The notes beneath the pieces were generated by a model, which saw only the letters and a program-made list of their open reading frames with translations, made no database searches and was not told where the DNA came from. A stretch of 64,000 nt of DNA from the human T2T-CHM13v2.0 reference genome, Homo sapiens, in assembly GCF_009914755.1 (NCBI RefSeq), contig NC_060929.1, one strand, 5' to 3'. Of this stretch, positions 16,701-31,359 are shown in pieces (position 1 is the first letter of the stretch; each line of letters starts with the position of its first letter). The translations under genes and the position numbers were made by a program.

Positions 16701-17589
16701 GGGTTATGTTTATTTTCTTACTCATTTGGCATATACAGATGCCCACTGCCTCCACCATTCATTTTGCTTTCAGCTTTTGTTTTGCTACCTGAAGAAAGCC
16801 CAAAACCTCTTGTAGTCACAGCAAGGCATGGCAAGGAAAAAGCTAATATGGTGACACTGGGTGCTTTAGTGCCTGGAAGTGAATAAGAAAGGATGGGCAT
16901 GTCTAGCTACAAGCAGTCTTGGGGTTCCCATGTGGCCTGTTCATGATCTCATGACCAGGCATAGGAAAGTTGCTAAGGACTGATGAATTATAGAGAGCCT
17001 GGGCCTTAGCAGGCACCTACTCTGCTTCGAACTCCAAGTATATTGGAAGTATATTTACTAGAATCTGGATTTAGAGTAAGTCAAGGACAGGTATTGTATT
17101 TTAATGATATTTTCAGAGCCTCAGGAGTAGGCATTCAATCAATACCTACTGAATAAATGAACATGCCTGCAGAATGAGATCATAAAACTAGAGAGAAACA
17201 AATTATCCCCAAAGCTGTTATCAAGACTAGACCATGGAATGCCAGGACCAAGGATGTGGGTCTCATTTCAAATTTTTTTTGTTCTACTTTATCTTGTTTT
17301 GGTGCCAGCTTTCTTCATTACAGGTTATAAGGAGCTCTGAAGACAAAGGGTGGCTGAGGACCATTTCTCTGTTTTAAATATATATTTTAATGTATATAAT
17401 TATATATTAATTTTATTTATATAATATATAATTTACATAATGTATAATTTTAATATATATAATATATAACACAATTTTCTATTGTGTTAAAAAACACATA
17501 AAATTTGCCATTGTAATATTTTAAAGCATATATAGTTTGGCAGTAGTACATACACCACTCATATTATTGTGAAACAAAGGCCATATATA

Positions 17590-17881
<292 letters not shown>

Positions 17882-18565
17882 AAGGGCCATATCTTTTTAA
17901 GAGCTACTCCTGAGACCTAAAAAATACACAGATTTTCAGAAGTAAAATGTTATAGGAGATATTGCCTACAGACCTGCTTTCTAAAATTTAAATTCTATTT
18001 TCTAAAAAATTATTAAAGAATTAGAGCTATGTTCTTATAATTTTTAAAAACCCCTTCAGTAGTTTGAGTTGAAAAGAAAGAGTTAATATGGTGGCCATGA
18101 CTATTACAGATGCCTTTGCTACATCTTCCAATGTGGGGCTTTCTCCTATGATATGAAATCTGTAGATTTTACATTTTTATTTATTTCCCCTTTGGTTAAG
18201 TCAGCATGTTTCAAGTCAAATAAAGCTGGGTTGCAGTACCACATACCACCATTAGGTGCCACTGTTTGACAGGATAGTAAAGGGACTGAAAGTAACTGAA
18301 TAAAACTTTTCTTCCTTCTTTCTGTTTTTGTGCCTACTGGGTGCCAAGCTCCATGCGAGGCCCTGCAGATAGGGCAATGAGCAAGACAAGCCTCTGAGTG
18401 AGGTAGACAAATTATTACGATAGGAGGCGTATGTTTAAAAGAACAGTATATCCATGATGCTGTGAGAGCACTTGTTTAGAGTCTACTGCAGCAAATCAGG
18501 TGAAGCATGAGGTGAGTTGAACCATGGCAGGAGCTGTGAGGGTGGAAAGAAATTTGGGGTTTTGG

Positions 18566-18909
<344 letters not shown>

Positions 18910-20723
18910 TCATATTTTTGTGGTGGCCATGGATGCAGATGGCCCTGACCCTCTTGATCACTGATCTTGCACTATGCCCCAGTTTGTAACATGGCCATGG
19001 GCAAACCTTTGGCTTATATGGTATTTTCTTTTAATGTGCATTATCTGCCAAATAAAATACAGATTTTTAACTTCTCATGAGAAATCAGAAGGTCTAGCAG
19101 CAATTGATTAAAACCACATCATGGCTGCCCTCTTAGTAGACCATCAGTTCTTCAGCCAGCTTGTTTCTCTCACCTTGGTTCTTGTCTGGTCCCTTTCAGC
19201 AGGGCCAATATTTAGTGGGTGTGTACTGGGGTGAAATATGTCTGTTCTGATTGGTGACTAGTTTCCCTGAGCTTCCTTAGTGTCTCCTATGCTGGAGGCC
19301 ATTCCGCAATAGCATCTCCCCAATGCAGTTCCTTACAAACTAGCTATAAAAAGGTTGCATTTGGCACTGTAGGGCCTCCCGGCTCCTTGCTGTAGTGCTA
19401 GGTCCAACATCCATTTTCTGATTAGACCTTGTCCTGGGCCAAAAGGATTGTTCAATATTTTGAATATCACCCTCACCTTTAGGGATGAAGTCTGCATGTG
19501 ACCTCTGGACTGGACGATTCTTGTCTTCAGGGGAAGGAAAATACAGGATAGACCCCAAGGCAGGGGATGTGTTCAATCACAGATGGCTTTGGGGTTGGGG
19601 TTTTTGTTTTGTTTTGTTTTTACAAACTTTTAATTATAAAAGCTGTTTTATTTTCAGAAATGTTTACATTTCCATAGCATGCTGCTGAATGCATCAATGT
19701 GGAGAGGATTATGTAAATTTTTACAACCTAAGGGAGACAGGAAATTATTTTTTTATTTTTTGCAGCTCCAACACATGAAAATAATGGGATTTCTTTTTTC
19801 ATCTATGGAATGCCATTCCAGAGGCAAAGTTAATTTCTTTGTGGTCAGCCTCAGGTAGCAGGACAGCTAAAATGATAATAGTAATAATTAATAATTATAA
19901 TAAAATATATTTGTACTTTTGGAAACCAGCAACCAGCCTGTATGCCTGTATGTCCTTCATGGACAGCTTATCTATGTGAGACCTGCAGGCCAACCTTAGA
20001 GGAACCCGTTGTTTCTCCTCCAAGAACTCGTTCTGTGTCTAGAGAAACACTTGTTGGGTTTTAATTAGAAACTGGTGGGGCTGTGGGCTGGCTGGCTGGC
20101 TGGCTGTGCCGCGCTGTGAACAGGGAGGGCTGAGTGGAGGCCAGGGAGTCTGAGCATATCTTCAGGGTGAGATATTTGATTACACAAGGGAGAGGAGATG
20201 ATTGCCAGTCCTCCCATCTGGAGAAAAGTTTCTGGGCGGCAGGAGCTAAGGATAGGGTGAAAAAGTGACACAGTGAGGAGAGTGGCGAGAGGCAAGGAGA
20301 GGGGCTGGGCTGGTGTGTGTCAGCTCCAGGAGGCTGGCCCTGCCTCTGCCCTGTGTCCATCTGACACAGAATGGAATATGACCCAATGCTTGCGGGGCTC
20401 ATTCGGAGCTCTTTCTACTGCTCTGCAGCTCATTCTCCTCATGCTCACCTGGACAAACCCACTTCTAGCCACACTGGCTGGAGTGTTAACCTATGGGTCT
20501 TCCTCAGATGATGGAGTTGAGGGAAAGGCAGGCTTTTCTTCTGAAGTCAAGGCGGGAGCTCCCTCCATCTTTTCCTTCACAGCTGGAATTTTCTGTTTGT
20601 ACAGCTCTTAATGCCTTGACTCCTAAGCGGGGCTTACAGGCCTCTCTCTCCCACTGAAATGTGAACCCTGCGATGGGAATGACCACACCCTCCATTTTTT
20701 TGTTGAGCATCCAGTGCAATGTC

Positions 20724-21111
20724 TGAAAGATTCTCCCCAGGGCTTGAAAGCTTAAGGGAATGAATAACTCTTCCCTCCTGAGGCCCAGTCCCAAGGCGCA
20801 AGGCCTCTTGCGCCAGCAGCGTGCGTCAGCAAGACAGCAGAAGCAGGAAGAGAGCTGGCCGGCAGACACATACCCCCTGAAGACCGAGAGAGCGGCCGTC
20901 TGGGTACCGCATAGCAGTTACATCAGACTGAGACACTTCCTGTTTACAGGAGACTATAAAACCCCTGCCCCATCCTCATTTGGTGCTGATGCCATTTTAG
21001 GCCTCAGCCCGCCTGCACCCAGGCACTCATTAAAACAGTGTGTTGCTCCACACTACCTTATGCTGTTTGTTGGCGTGCTCTCGGGGTTTGAATCGACACA
21101 GGAGCCTTGCA
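20724..21111 (+). mobile_element. Solo ERVL LTR (LTR18-like)
   Basis: TG...CA ends, 5-bp TSD atgtc/gtgtc, TATAAAA near 20955, YY1-like gccatttt, ATTAAA near 21029. Family name is from recall. Confidence 0.7.
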
Positions 21112-21717
21112 GTGTCTGGCACAAATAAATGTAGCAAAAGCCAGGAGAGGTCTGAAATTTCTATAAGCCAAAATAAGATTCTAAGTCCCCCTCCTGGCCA
21201 AGGGGATTCCAAAGAAAGCTGAAAAAAACAGTTCAGGTTGTAGCAGGACAAGCCACAGAAAAAAACCCTCAGACACCAAGTTAAAGAAGGAAGGGCTTTA
21301 TTTGGTCAGGAGCTTCGGCAAGACTCACATCTCCAACAACCGAGCTCCCCGAGTGAGCAATTCCTGTCCCTTTTAAGGCTTACAACTCTAAGGGGGTCCA
21401 TGTGAGAGGGTTGTGATCAATTGAGCAAGCAGCGGGTACACGACTGGGGTCTGCATGCACCGGTAATCAGAACGGAACAGAACAGGACAGGGATTTTCAC
21501 AATGCTTTTCCATACAATGTCTGGAATCTATAGATAACATAATTGGTTAGGTCAGGGGTCGATCTTTAACCAGGCCTGGGGTGTGGCACCGGGCTGTCTG
21601 CCTCTGGATTTCATTTCTGCCTTTTAGTTTTTACTTCTTTCTTTGAAGGCAGAAATCGGGCATAAGACAATATGAGGGGTGGTCTCCTCTCTTATTCCCC
21701 TCCTTTGAGAATCTCAC

Positions 21718-23700
21718 TCAATAGTGGGAGTTCTCACTTTCATTCTCACTACCCATGTCTTCTTGCAAGACATATCGATAGTGATTCATATAGTACATGT
21801 GTGCTGAAGCATTTTGGTGAACTAAGGTAGTGATGAAGCTTTTTATCATTTGAAGAAGTACAGGTAGCAAACAAGGGAGCAGTAAGCAGGTTTCTATTGC
21901 TATTATGACTCCTATTATAAGAGTTTTAAATCTTTTGGCACTGGGAACCATTTTCCAAACATGGTCCTAGGATCAAATCCATGGCACACTTGCACATTTG
22001 GCACATAACAAATTTATGTGCCAGTTTTGTCATATTTCCAACTATGTCTTCAACTACTTGCCCTTGATCATCTATGTGTAGACAGCAATTAGTAAGGTTA
22101 AATTTTCTACAGACCCCCTCCTTCAGCTGCTAGCAAGTAGTCGAGAGCCAATCTATTTTGATAGATAGCATTTCTCATCTGAGTTTCTTGCCAGGCCAGA
22201 ATAGTCAAGGCTCTGCCGGTCTTATTAGTGATTATTTCTAAGACAGCTTGTAACCGTATGATTTGGTTGAGCATGTAAATGGGGGTCCAGTATCCCCACA
22301 AGCTGTTTTGTGCCCATGTACCAGGCCTATAATATTGTATGATTCTCTCAGGGGACCATTCATCATCTTTCCAATTTCCTATAGCTATGCTTCTCTTTTT
22401 GCGGGAAGCCCAGGAGTTCGCCTGTCTTTATGGGCAGTAGGAAGAAAGATGGTTTAATAGTGCCAATAACAAAACTATCTGCCCACTGGTCGGGTAATTT
22501 GGCATAAGGTCTATGCCCACATATACAGTATAGTCCAGTGGGGGCTGTCCAGTCCCGGTGGGACTCCAGGTTGGTCTACGCGGTTTGCAACTTTGGGAAT
22601 TTACTAAATGGATTTTTCTTAGTATGGTTTGAACTCCACTAGGTGGCTGTTTTTGTAGTACTATTATACAGTTTTTGCTCAAGGCAGCTGAGTCTTCCCA
22701 TAGGAAGGGTGAAGTCCTCCCCCACTCTTGCTATACAGTATTGTCTAACAATTAAGGCTTTTAGGACCTAGAAGTTATCAGGGTGATTCTTTTGAATCGG
22801 GAATTTATCAGGAACTGGGTCTGTAGGTATTAATTCTCGGGCTTCCCATGGCCATTGATCTCCCAGTACAGTTCCTCCACATACATAACATGAAGTGACA
22901 TTGAGAGACTGGGCTACATGCTCAGCTAATTGCAAAAACAAATTTCTTGTTTTTCCTGGAATTTCTAGTACTGGTACATTCAGTTCATCATAGAAGGTTT
23001 GAAATACTGGCTCAGGAGAGCGTTTATAAACTTCTCCTCAAACCACAATATTTACTTGAGGATCCAGTCCGGCCCTATCAATTCCTAGGGTTACAAGCTC
23101 CCCTTTTTTTCCAGTGAGGATCAAGGGAGTTGGTTATTACTAGTTCTAAGGGATTACACTGACCACTGGTACAGGAAGGGCCACTTTTCCCTTTCTGAAG
23201 GTGGACAGGATCCTTTTCATTTTTTTATCCAAGTAGCTAAATGACACAAGACCAGTATCCATATTTATTTCCACACAGTCCTAATTCATGACAAATGTAC
23301 TTATTTTCTGCCATATAGCCTCTTTCCTAATTAACAGAACCACATCCTATTCCTAACTTATTATTATTAATGACAGCATAGGCATCAAACTTCAAAACGA
23401 CTTGTTTGGGCACCGCTTTTTATTTTGTTTTGGCTAACACTTTACTCATATAGTTTATGAGCCCCCACCAGTCCTCAGTCCTTAATCTTGTTTCAAAAAC
23501 TGTGGTCATGGGAGGCTCAGATGGGTCATAACACACATCAGGTTGGTCATGTCCTGGGCTACATACCTTGTATAGAATAGCATTATATAAACAAGTTCTT
23601 TTTAGAGTCCCGGTACACTTATAATAACCATAAAGTAATAGGACTGTAGCAACTTTTTGTCCTACCTCAGTGACTTGACGTATACACTGGGAACTGTCCT
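21718..23700 (-). pseudogene. HERV-E-type env, frameshifted
   Basis: [25 protein letters not shown]...[22 protein letters not shown] (ISD) and TM/cytoplasmic [23 protein letters not shown] occur in different frames. The 5' boundary is approximate. Confidence 0.85.
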
Positions 23701-23910
23701 CAGTCTGAGGAAGGTCAGTTGAAGTCCTTACTGTACAAATTCAAATTTTATAAAATGAATCCTGTGATGAGTTTTCTCATGCTTTGGCTGAGCGTGGACC
23801 AGTCAGCTTCTGGGTGTGACTGGAGCAGGGCTTGTTGTCTCTTTCAGAGTCACTTTGCAGGGGTTGGCAAAGCTGCTCACATCCACATACAGCTCCTAGT
23901 CTACTGATGT

Positions 23911-24420
23911 TCAAGGATGGTCTTGGAGGTTGGCCCCACTAGAATAAACTGAGTCCAATACCTCTACTGAGTCCAATACCTCTACACAGTTACGTTCAAC
24001 TGGGCTCTCTGATACCAGGAGCAAGGTGGTGGGGTTTAGGGTGTTGCAGACTTCATTGGTTATGCGGGGATTTTCACATAGCAAGCTTTGGTACTTGGTT
24101 AATCTAGCATTTGTTAGCCAATGATGTCCTTTGGTATTCATCAAAGTTACCACAGCATGGGGAGCCTTTATATTCAGGTTTTTCCCAAGGGTTAGTTTAT
24201 CTGCTTCTTGTGCTAACAGGGCCATTGCTGCCAGGGCCCTTAGACATGGGGGCCAGGCTTTGGAAACCCCATCTAGTTGTTTTGAGAGATAGGCCACTGG
24301 CCTTGGCCAGGACCTCACAGTCTGGGTTAAAACTCCAACTGCCATTTTTTTTTTTCTTTCTGACACGTAAAGTGTAAAGGGTTTTGTGAGGTCAGGTGGC
24401 CCAAGGGCCGAGGCCGACAT
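23911..24420 (-). pseudogene. pol fragment (RT connection domain)
   Basis: PDLTKPFTLYV...GVLTQ...RPVAYLSKQLD...WPPCLRALAA...WLTNARLTKYQSLL...LNPTTLL. Confidence 0.9.
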
Positions 24421-24636
24421 GAGGTTTTCTTTTAACTTATGAAAAGCTCATTGCTGTTGGTTGCAATAGATGTAGTTTATCCAATTAACATTTTTATTAA
24501 CTGTCACACACCAAAATATTGACTTAAATCCTGCAGCTATTTGATTTCAAGCTTTAAATTGATCTGGTATTCCCCATGGGACTCCAACTGCGTCTAAATA
24601 AATGTGAGAGTCGAAAGACCCATAAGGGACTTCTCT

Positions 24637-24867
24637 CTATTTACAATGTCTTATTTTTCCTCTTTCTGGTAGATAAAATGCCAGGGTGAAAGGGATAGCC
24701 AATTGGACTAAAGTACAAGTGCCACTCCAGTTATTTGGCAGAGTGCCCAGTAAAGGTCCACCACAATACCACCACACATCCGCGCAGGGATGAACAAGGG
24801 CTGACTGATTGATAAGCTCTTGAAAATTCTTAAGCTCATTGCATCCCTTCAGGTCTCCAATGAACAC
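24637..24867 (-). pseudogene. env SU fragment (HERV-I-like) inside Harlequin
   Basis: ADVWWYCGGPLLGTLPNNWSGTCTLVQLAIPFTL is an env SU C-terminal motif. It lies upstream of the pol fragment, out of normal gene order. Confidence 0.75.
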
Positions 24868-27451
24868 TAAGTTTCCTCCCAGTCGTGAGAGATATGAAGT
24901 GAACTTAGTGTTGGGAGACGGAAGCTGGATGGCCCTCGGGGGCTGACCTGCAGGGTGCCGGACTTTGGTATATAGTAGAGAGAGCTTGGCACGACTTATT
25001 ACTCCAGGCTGTAGAATCCTGGAAAAGAGCTACCATGCAGCCCACGCCTGGTCAATTGGAGGACCACCTTAGTGGAAAGGGGACAGTCTGGGCCTCTGGC
25101 CTGCCATGTGCACAAGCATAACAATTGCTTTTGTTTAATGTGCAGATGGAATATTTGATCCATTTTAACCAGGCATTTGCATCTTGGTATCCTGTCTTAA
25201 TTGCTAAAGTTTGTTTTAAGACTTTAACTTTTATGATCCTCTAGTAAAATGAATGTATGATTTTAGGAAATTACAAAAAATGGTTGGGGCAGTCCATCCT
25301 TGCTCTTTAGTGGTATGCAGAACGTTGGACCAACTATGGCATAAAAGCTCTACACTGGGGGGCAAGAATCCTGGTTAACACTGGAGTCTTTATTGAAATC
25401 TCCCTGGATTAAATGGTGCTAATTTACTAATGCCCAGTATGAGGAGAGTCAGGAGGGATGGAGGTAATTTTCTGACATAGAGATCTGTCTTTGACTTAGC
25501 AAGTCCTCACAGGGTATAACAAGGCAAGCATTAAATGCAATAGTTTGAGGCAAAATTGACTTGGTTATGTTAATAACTAGATGGTCAGCAATAGAGCAAG
25601 GAAAGAAGAAAGAGTAATAGAATAGATGAAAGAGTTAAATTTTTCTTAGCTTTAGTTTGGTAGGGTTTTCACCTGGGACTATGGCCCATGACTCTGGAGG
25701 GGGTGGCGCTTTGACTCAGGTGTGATGAGTCCATCCTTTTTCCACTGTACGAATGGCAGTCTCAGTGGTTAGCAGCACAAGGTAGGGTCCTTCCTAGGCT
25801 GGCTTGAGTTTTTCTTCTTTCCACCCTTTGATAAGAAGGTGATCTTCAGGCTGGTGCTGGTTTACTGGAAATTCTAGGGGTGGTACCTGTGCTAAAAGAC
25901 TTTTAGTTTTGAGGGAAAGGAAAGTGGAAGATAAACCAAGTATGTAATTTCTAAGAAATTGACTTTTTGTTTTAAATGTGGGGACATCAACAGTGGACTT
26001 TATACTCTTTGGTGCCTTCTTACTGAGAAATTTCCTTTAGCACCTATTTTTATTAGTTTTTAGACCAAAGAAAGCCAAACACCATTTTATATTTAATAAT
26101 GCTTCTTGTATAATTTTTATACCAGATAAGCTAAATTTCACCTTTATATTAGTGTGTTATTAATGTTAAACTTAATTTTAATAAAACCTTGTAGACATAT
26201 TTATCCAATTTTTAATATTGGACCATAAGATTTTCATAGACTCTTTTTAACCTTTTATAATTTTTGTTAAAGAGTAGGTTAGTGCTTTAAGAAAAACCCG
26301 TTGTGTTTTTACTTTAATGTCCAGTTCACAGAAAAACTGGTTGACACCCCTTTAACTTTAGCTAATATGTTTATACACAGAATTTTCTTTACAAATAACA
26401 TTTTAAAACTTGCTTAAACCTTCAAAACAATATATATATATATATTTAACCTTTTAGTGTAGGTAAAAATTTACAGTCTTATGCCTCCTTATAATCCTTT
26501 TACCAAAGGTATATTTTACTTTCCTTATACACCTTGCACATAAACGGTTTTTTTAATAGTTTTACATTCAGGAGGCCTAGTTACTTTTAAATTATACAAC
26601 ATTTCTTGCATAAATTCCTTTTTTATAACTTTTTTTTTCTCTTTCACGGCTTTCACAGACAATTCTTTGACCTGCTTCAACTTTCAGACTTTTTACAGAC
26701 ATTTCTTTATTTAAACAGCCAGTTGATTTATTTCAGGAGAAGAATTTACCACGCAACATTCTTTTTACATAAATTCTGTCCCCCTTTTTTTCTCTTTTTT
26801 TTCTTTTTGAAGCTAACCATTCTTTTCCAAAGTGAACTTCCTTTATGTCTGTGGACTAGACTGTCTAAGGCCACAAGATTAGAAGTTATAATACATGTTA
26901 CACTGTTAACTTTTAGCAAACTTTGCGTTTGTTGAAAACCTTGTAAGTTCGGGATTTCAATTATCCTTTGCTATTAATAAGACCTTGTTTAGTCCACATT
27001 AACTTAGAATTTGGTATAGATGGCTTTTTTTTTCCCTTCAATTACCCAGGAGGAACCATAGATCGTCCTCTCCTGAAGGGAGTTCCTCCTAGGTCTGATC
27101 AGACCTTTGTATGGTGATTAAGATTTAGATCCCCTGTTAGGAAACCTGCTGGGTTGCGGGAATTTTCAGTGGTTAATGTTAAATCATCCTTTTTTTTTTT
27201 TTAAGGATACTTCTGAACTGGTGAGGTGTACTCACAATGAGGTTTCCTCTAAAAGTTATTTATTTTTTTTTTTTACTTTCTTCTGTTAGCAAAGCAGTTG
27301 CTGCTACAGATTGAATGTATCTGGGCCATCCGCGGGTTACTGGGTTAAGGATTTTTGATAGGAAGGTCTCAGTGCTTTCAGGATACGCACTTGTTTACAG
27401 TGACAACAAAGTGGTATTAGAGTGTTATAGGGTTATGGAGAATGCCTTTAA

Positions 27452-27628
<177 letters not shown>

Positions 27629-27679
27629 GGTTTTTTAAAGGAATAGGGTACACTGTTTTTTTTCTTAACTACTTGTATA

Positions 27680-27890
27680 TCTTTTCCTTTCTTTCTCTCT
27701 TTGATTTTCTGTCTCTTTTTCTCTTTGACTTTCCTTTTGCCTCTGTCTCTTTCTCTCTCTCTGCCTCTGTCTTTCTCTCTCTTTCTCTTCTTGACTCCCT
27801 CTTTGTCTCTCTGTCTCTTCCTCTCTGTCTTTTCCTCTGTCTCTTTGCCTCTTTTTCTCTCTGTCTCTTTCCTCTCTCTCTCTCTGCTGG
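27680..27890. repeat. CT-rich low-complexity tract (GA-rich on the proviral sense strand)
   Basis: About 200 bp of ctctgtctctttc-type units. Confidence 0.9.
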
Positions 27891-27914
27891 TCTTTCCTTG
27901 CCTCTGCCAGCCGC

Positions 27915-28220
27915 TTATGCTGCTATTCTCTCAGCCACTGTTGGGGGGGTGTCTAAAACCAGCTGTAACCAAGTGTCTATGTATGGGAACTGGCCTGGGT
28001 GCACTGGCTTACAGGTTACCTTGTGCCATACCTTTGAAACAAGGGACCTGTCCAGGCTTCCTTCTGATGGCCAACCCACCTCTAATGCTGACCAGTCTAT
28101 TTCACACAAATTTCTAAGTTTTCCTGGTGTCATAGTAACACCGTAATCTCCCTTAAATCCTTTCTTGAAATTTTTCATCATAGTTCCTAGTGGGATAGGC
28201 TTACTTTGTGCCTGACCCAT
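27915..28220 (-). pseudogene. HERV-E-type gag matrix (MA) remnant
   Basis: MGQAQSKP...[24 protein letters not shown]...[11 protein letters not shown] has a myristoylation MG start and gammaretroviral MA motifs, then stops before a GA-rich tract. Confidence 0.9.
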
Positions 28221-28743
28221 GCTTCTTCAAGACAAAACACCACACTCACACCACATGCACACCACAAAACAAAGAACGGGTAAAAAGGGCACACACAGTT
28301 TTACAGTTTACACCAAACCAGAATCAAAACCAAAATCAGAGTGTCCAGAAATCCAAGCCAGGTCAAAGCCAAAACCAAAGTATCAAGCAATCCAAGTCAA
28401 GTCAAAAACAAAAACCAAAGTGCCAGTACAGTCACGCTATGGGTGATCAGGCCACGCTTCCTCTCAAATGCAATGGGCAAGCTCCAAAGACTTGTCTTAC
28501 CAAGTTTCAGATGTCCAGACTCCAAGTGGCAGTTCCTTCCCAGTGTTCAGCCACTGCGTTGATCCTCCACAGGGGCCTGCCACGTGCTGCTCTGGTGAGG
28601 CATTCCACTGGGGCAATTGCCTACCTGGGAGCGCTCTCAGGATCTGCATTGCTCAAGCTGGCCAGAGTCCCCCGTAGGGATGCACCACAGGGCAGGACTA
28701 AGCCACCTAAGGGGCTGCCTCGACTGTCCGTTAATCACCTCAC

Positions 28744-28761
28744 TTCCCAGTCAGGCAACCA
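28744..28761 (-). promoter_or_regulatory. Primer-binding site tRNA-Glu
   Basis: Minus strand TGGTTGCCTGACTGGGAA versus canonical TGGTTCCCTGACCGGGAA (16/18), just inside the 5' LTR. Confidence 0.85.
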
Positions 28762-31359
28762 AGAAATGTAGCAGGACAAGCCACACAAAAAAACCCCTCA
28801 GACACCAAGTTAAAGAAGGAGGGGCTTTATTCAGCCAGGAGCTTTGGCGAGACTCACGTCTCCAACAACCGAGCTCCCTGAGTGAGCAACTCCTGTCTCT
28901 TTTAAGGGCTTACAACTCTAAGGGTGTCCATATGAGAGGGATGTGATCGATTGAGCAAGCAGGGGATACATGACTGGGGGCTGCATGCACTGGTAATCAG
29001 AACGGAACAGAACAGGACAGGGATTTTCACAGTGCTTTTCCATACAATGTCTGGAATCTATAGATAACATAACTGGTTAGGTCAGGGGTCGATCTTTAAC
29101 CAGGCCCAGGGTGCAGCGCCGGGCTGTCTGCCTGTGGATTTCATTTCTGCCTTTTAGTTTTTACTTCTTTCTTTGGAGGCAGAAATTGGGCATAAGACAA
29201 TATGAGGGGTGGTCTACTCCCTTAAGGTCATAACAGGAAAGGAGTGGTCAGACATGTGTCTTTACACCCTCTCTCTTAAGGAGTTCAGGCACAGCTAACC
29301 AGCAATGACACTAAAACAGGTATCTTAAGACTGATGAGACAGTCTTTTTAGCAATAAGATACCAAATTCCATCCTGATTCTCTGACTCTAGTATAATATC
29401 ACATGACAGATAAAGAAGGAAATCAAAATATTTTACCCCAAAATATGTTTCTTTGCCATATTTTGAAATGTCCCTGCAATTTTATGGAGGTAAACTGTGT
29501 GGGGAAAATTTACATCTGTAAAGAATCTCTGTTAACATAACTAGATCTTACTTTTCCAGGCCCTTTGAATCCAGAAAAGATTAACTGAGAATCTAGCACC
29601 TTTTAAAGTCTAAGTAGGAAACATTTGCCATCTATATTCTGCAGGGGGACCACCCAAGAGACTTCATCTACATAATAACAGCCTTAGTTTGCACAACCGC
29701 TTATCTTAACTCAGACACTCTTTCTGTTGATTCCAGGTCTTTAGATAATAACTTAACTCTTTCAACCAATTGCGAATCAGGTAACTCAAAGCTTCCTCTT
29801 CCAGTTGTCCTGCTTTTCCTTACCAAACCAATGTATACCTCATATGTATTGATTGATGTCTTCTGTCTTCCTAAAACCCATAAAACCAAGCTATAGCCCA
29901 ACCACCTCAGGCACATATTCCCAGGATCTCCTGGGCCTATGCCATGAGCCATTGGCCACTTATATTTGGCTCAGAATAAACCTTTTAAAATATTTTACAG
30001 AGTTTGACTTTTTTTCATCAATACAGCCTTGGCATGATTGCTGGCATTTTCCACAATGACACTGCTTTCAAGGACCCAAAGCATAGCAAGATCTTCAAGT
30101 ACTTGGGGAATCATGAACAAAGAATGAGTCATACAGGGAGAGCAGAGTGAAGCAAGTATGACTAGTAAAATTTCAGTCATTGAATTGTTTAAGAGCTTTG
30201 GAAATTGGCTATTGCTTTATGTTAAATTATAGTTCAAATGTATGCGTGACCCTCAAATATGTCTCAGTCATTCTGAATAAATCAGAATATACTATTTATA
30301 ACATCTTATATTCATTTTAATTCAAGTTGGAAGTTTTCACAAACGCCATTGCATTGGCCACATGTTGAACTCTCACCGTGAGCCAAACTGCATGCGAGAA
30401 CCGTCTTGAGACACTGTAGTGACCACCAGAGCAGCCCTGTGAGGCAGACTGTTCTCATTGTGCAGATGAGGAACCTGAGGCTCAGACTGGCTGTCAGGCA
30501 GCATGGAACTGTGGAAGAGCCTGGCCCAGAGCTTGGGGAGACTCAGTTTCCAAACTTTGACTCTTGTAATTATGGGACTTTAGGGAAATTACTCAACTAA
30601 AGTCATTGGAACCAGAATATTTGGAAAGAAATCTATGTTCATCTTGGCAAATCATGCTGGCTTAGTGCATTCAGAGGAGCACTGGTGCATGAATGTCTTG
30701 TTTCCTATCAGATACACACATATTTATGTGAACTTTGTGACCTCCTTGTACCCTTTCTTCAGGACCTGGGGAGAGAAAGTGCTAAAGTGTACTTTTAATT
30801 GTGTTAGTTCTGGAGTTTGGAAGAGCCTTTCCAAGGAATAAGCTGGAAATGAATAACGTATGACCTGTTCAGCCAAAAGCCCCACCACAAAAACCTCATG
30901 GAGCTTGCTACACATTATTTTCCAAATATCAACTCCAATTAAAAGGACCATCTGGCCCACTGACAATTATTCACTGGCTTCTGTACAGCGTATTATCATA
31001 TGGCGCTTCCTCGGGAACTATAATTAGGTGATTGTGTAAGGAGTCCACAGTGCACGTTTGAATAGTGACTCTGTTTGGATCATGATGTCGCTCACTCACT
31101 CTGGTCCCCTCTCATCATATGGCTGTGAATGTGGTGTGGTTGAATTCAATACATGTGAAATCAGACCTTCATTGAGTTTTCTGTGAAGTAATGGTAGCAC
31201 TTAGGATGAATCACTTGGGACATACCTGGAATAATTATGGCCTAAATGTCAGGAGTTCTGGGAATCCCTCTTTTCAGCTGTTCGACCTGGACAAGTCACT
31301 CAGCCTTTCAGAGATCTTGTTCATCTGGAAATTGGGGTTCATGGCACCAGCAACCCTGG

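Noticed and set aside
17375-17470. AT-only tract
   Set aside because: Ordinary (TA)-rich low-complexity sequence.
27673-28771. Long plus-strand ORFs (157, 138 and 187 aa) in Harlequin
   Set aside because: They are antisense frames across CT-rich and CAAAAC-rich low-complexity sequence that lacks stops by composition.
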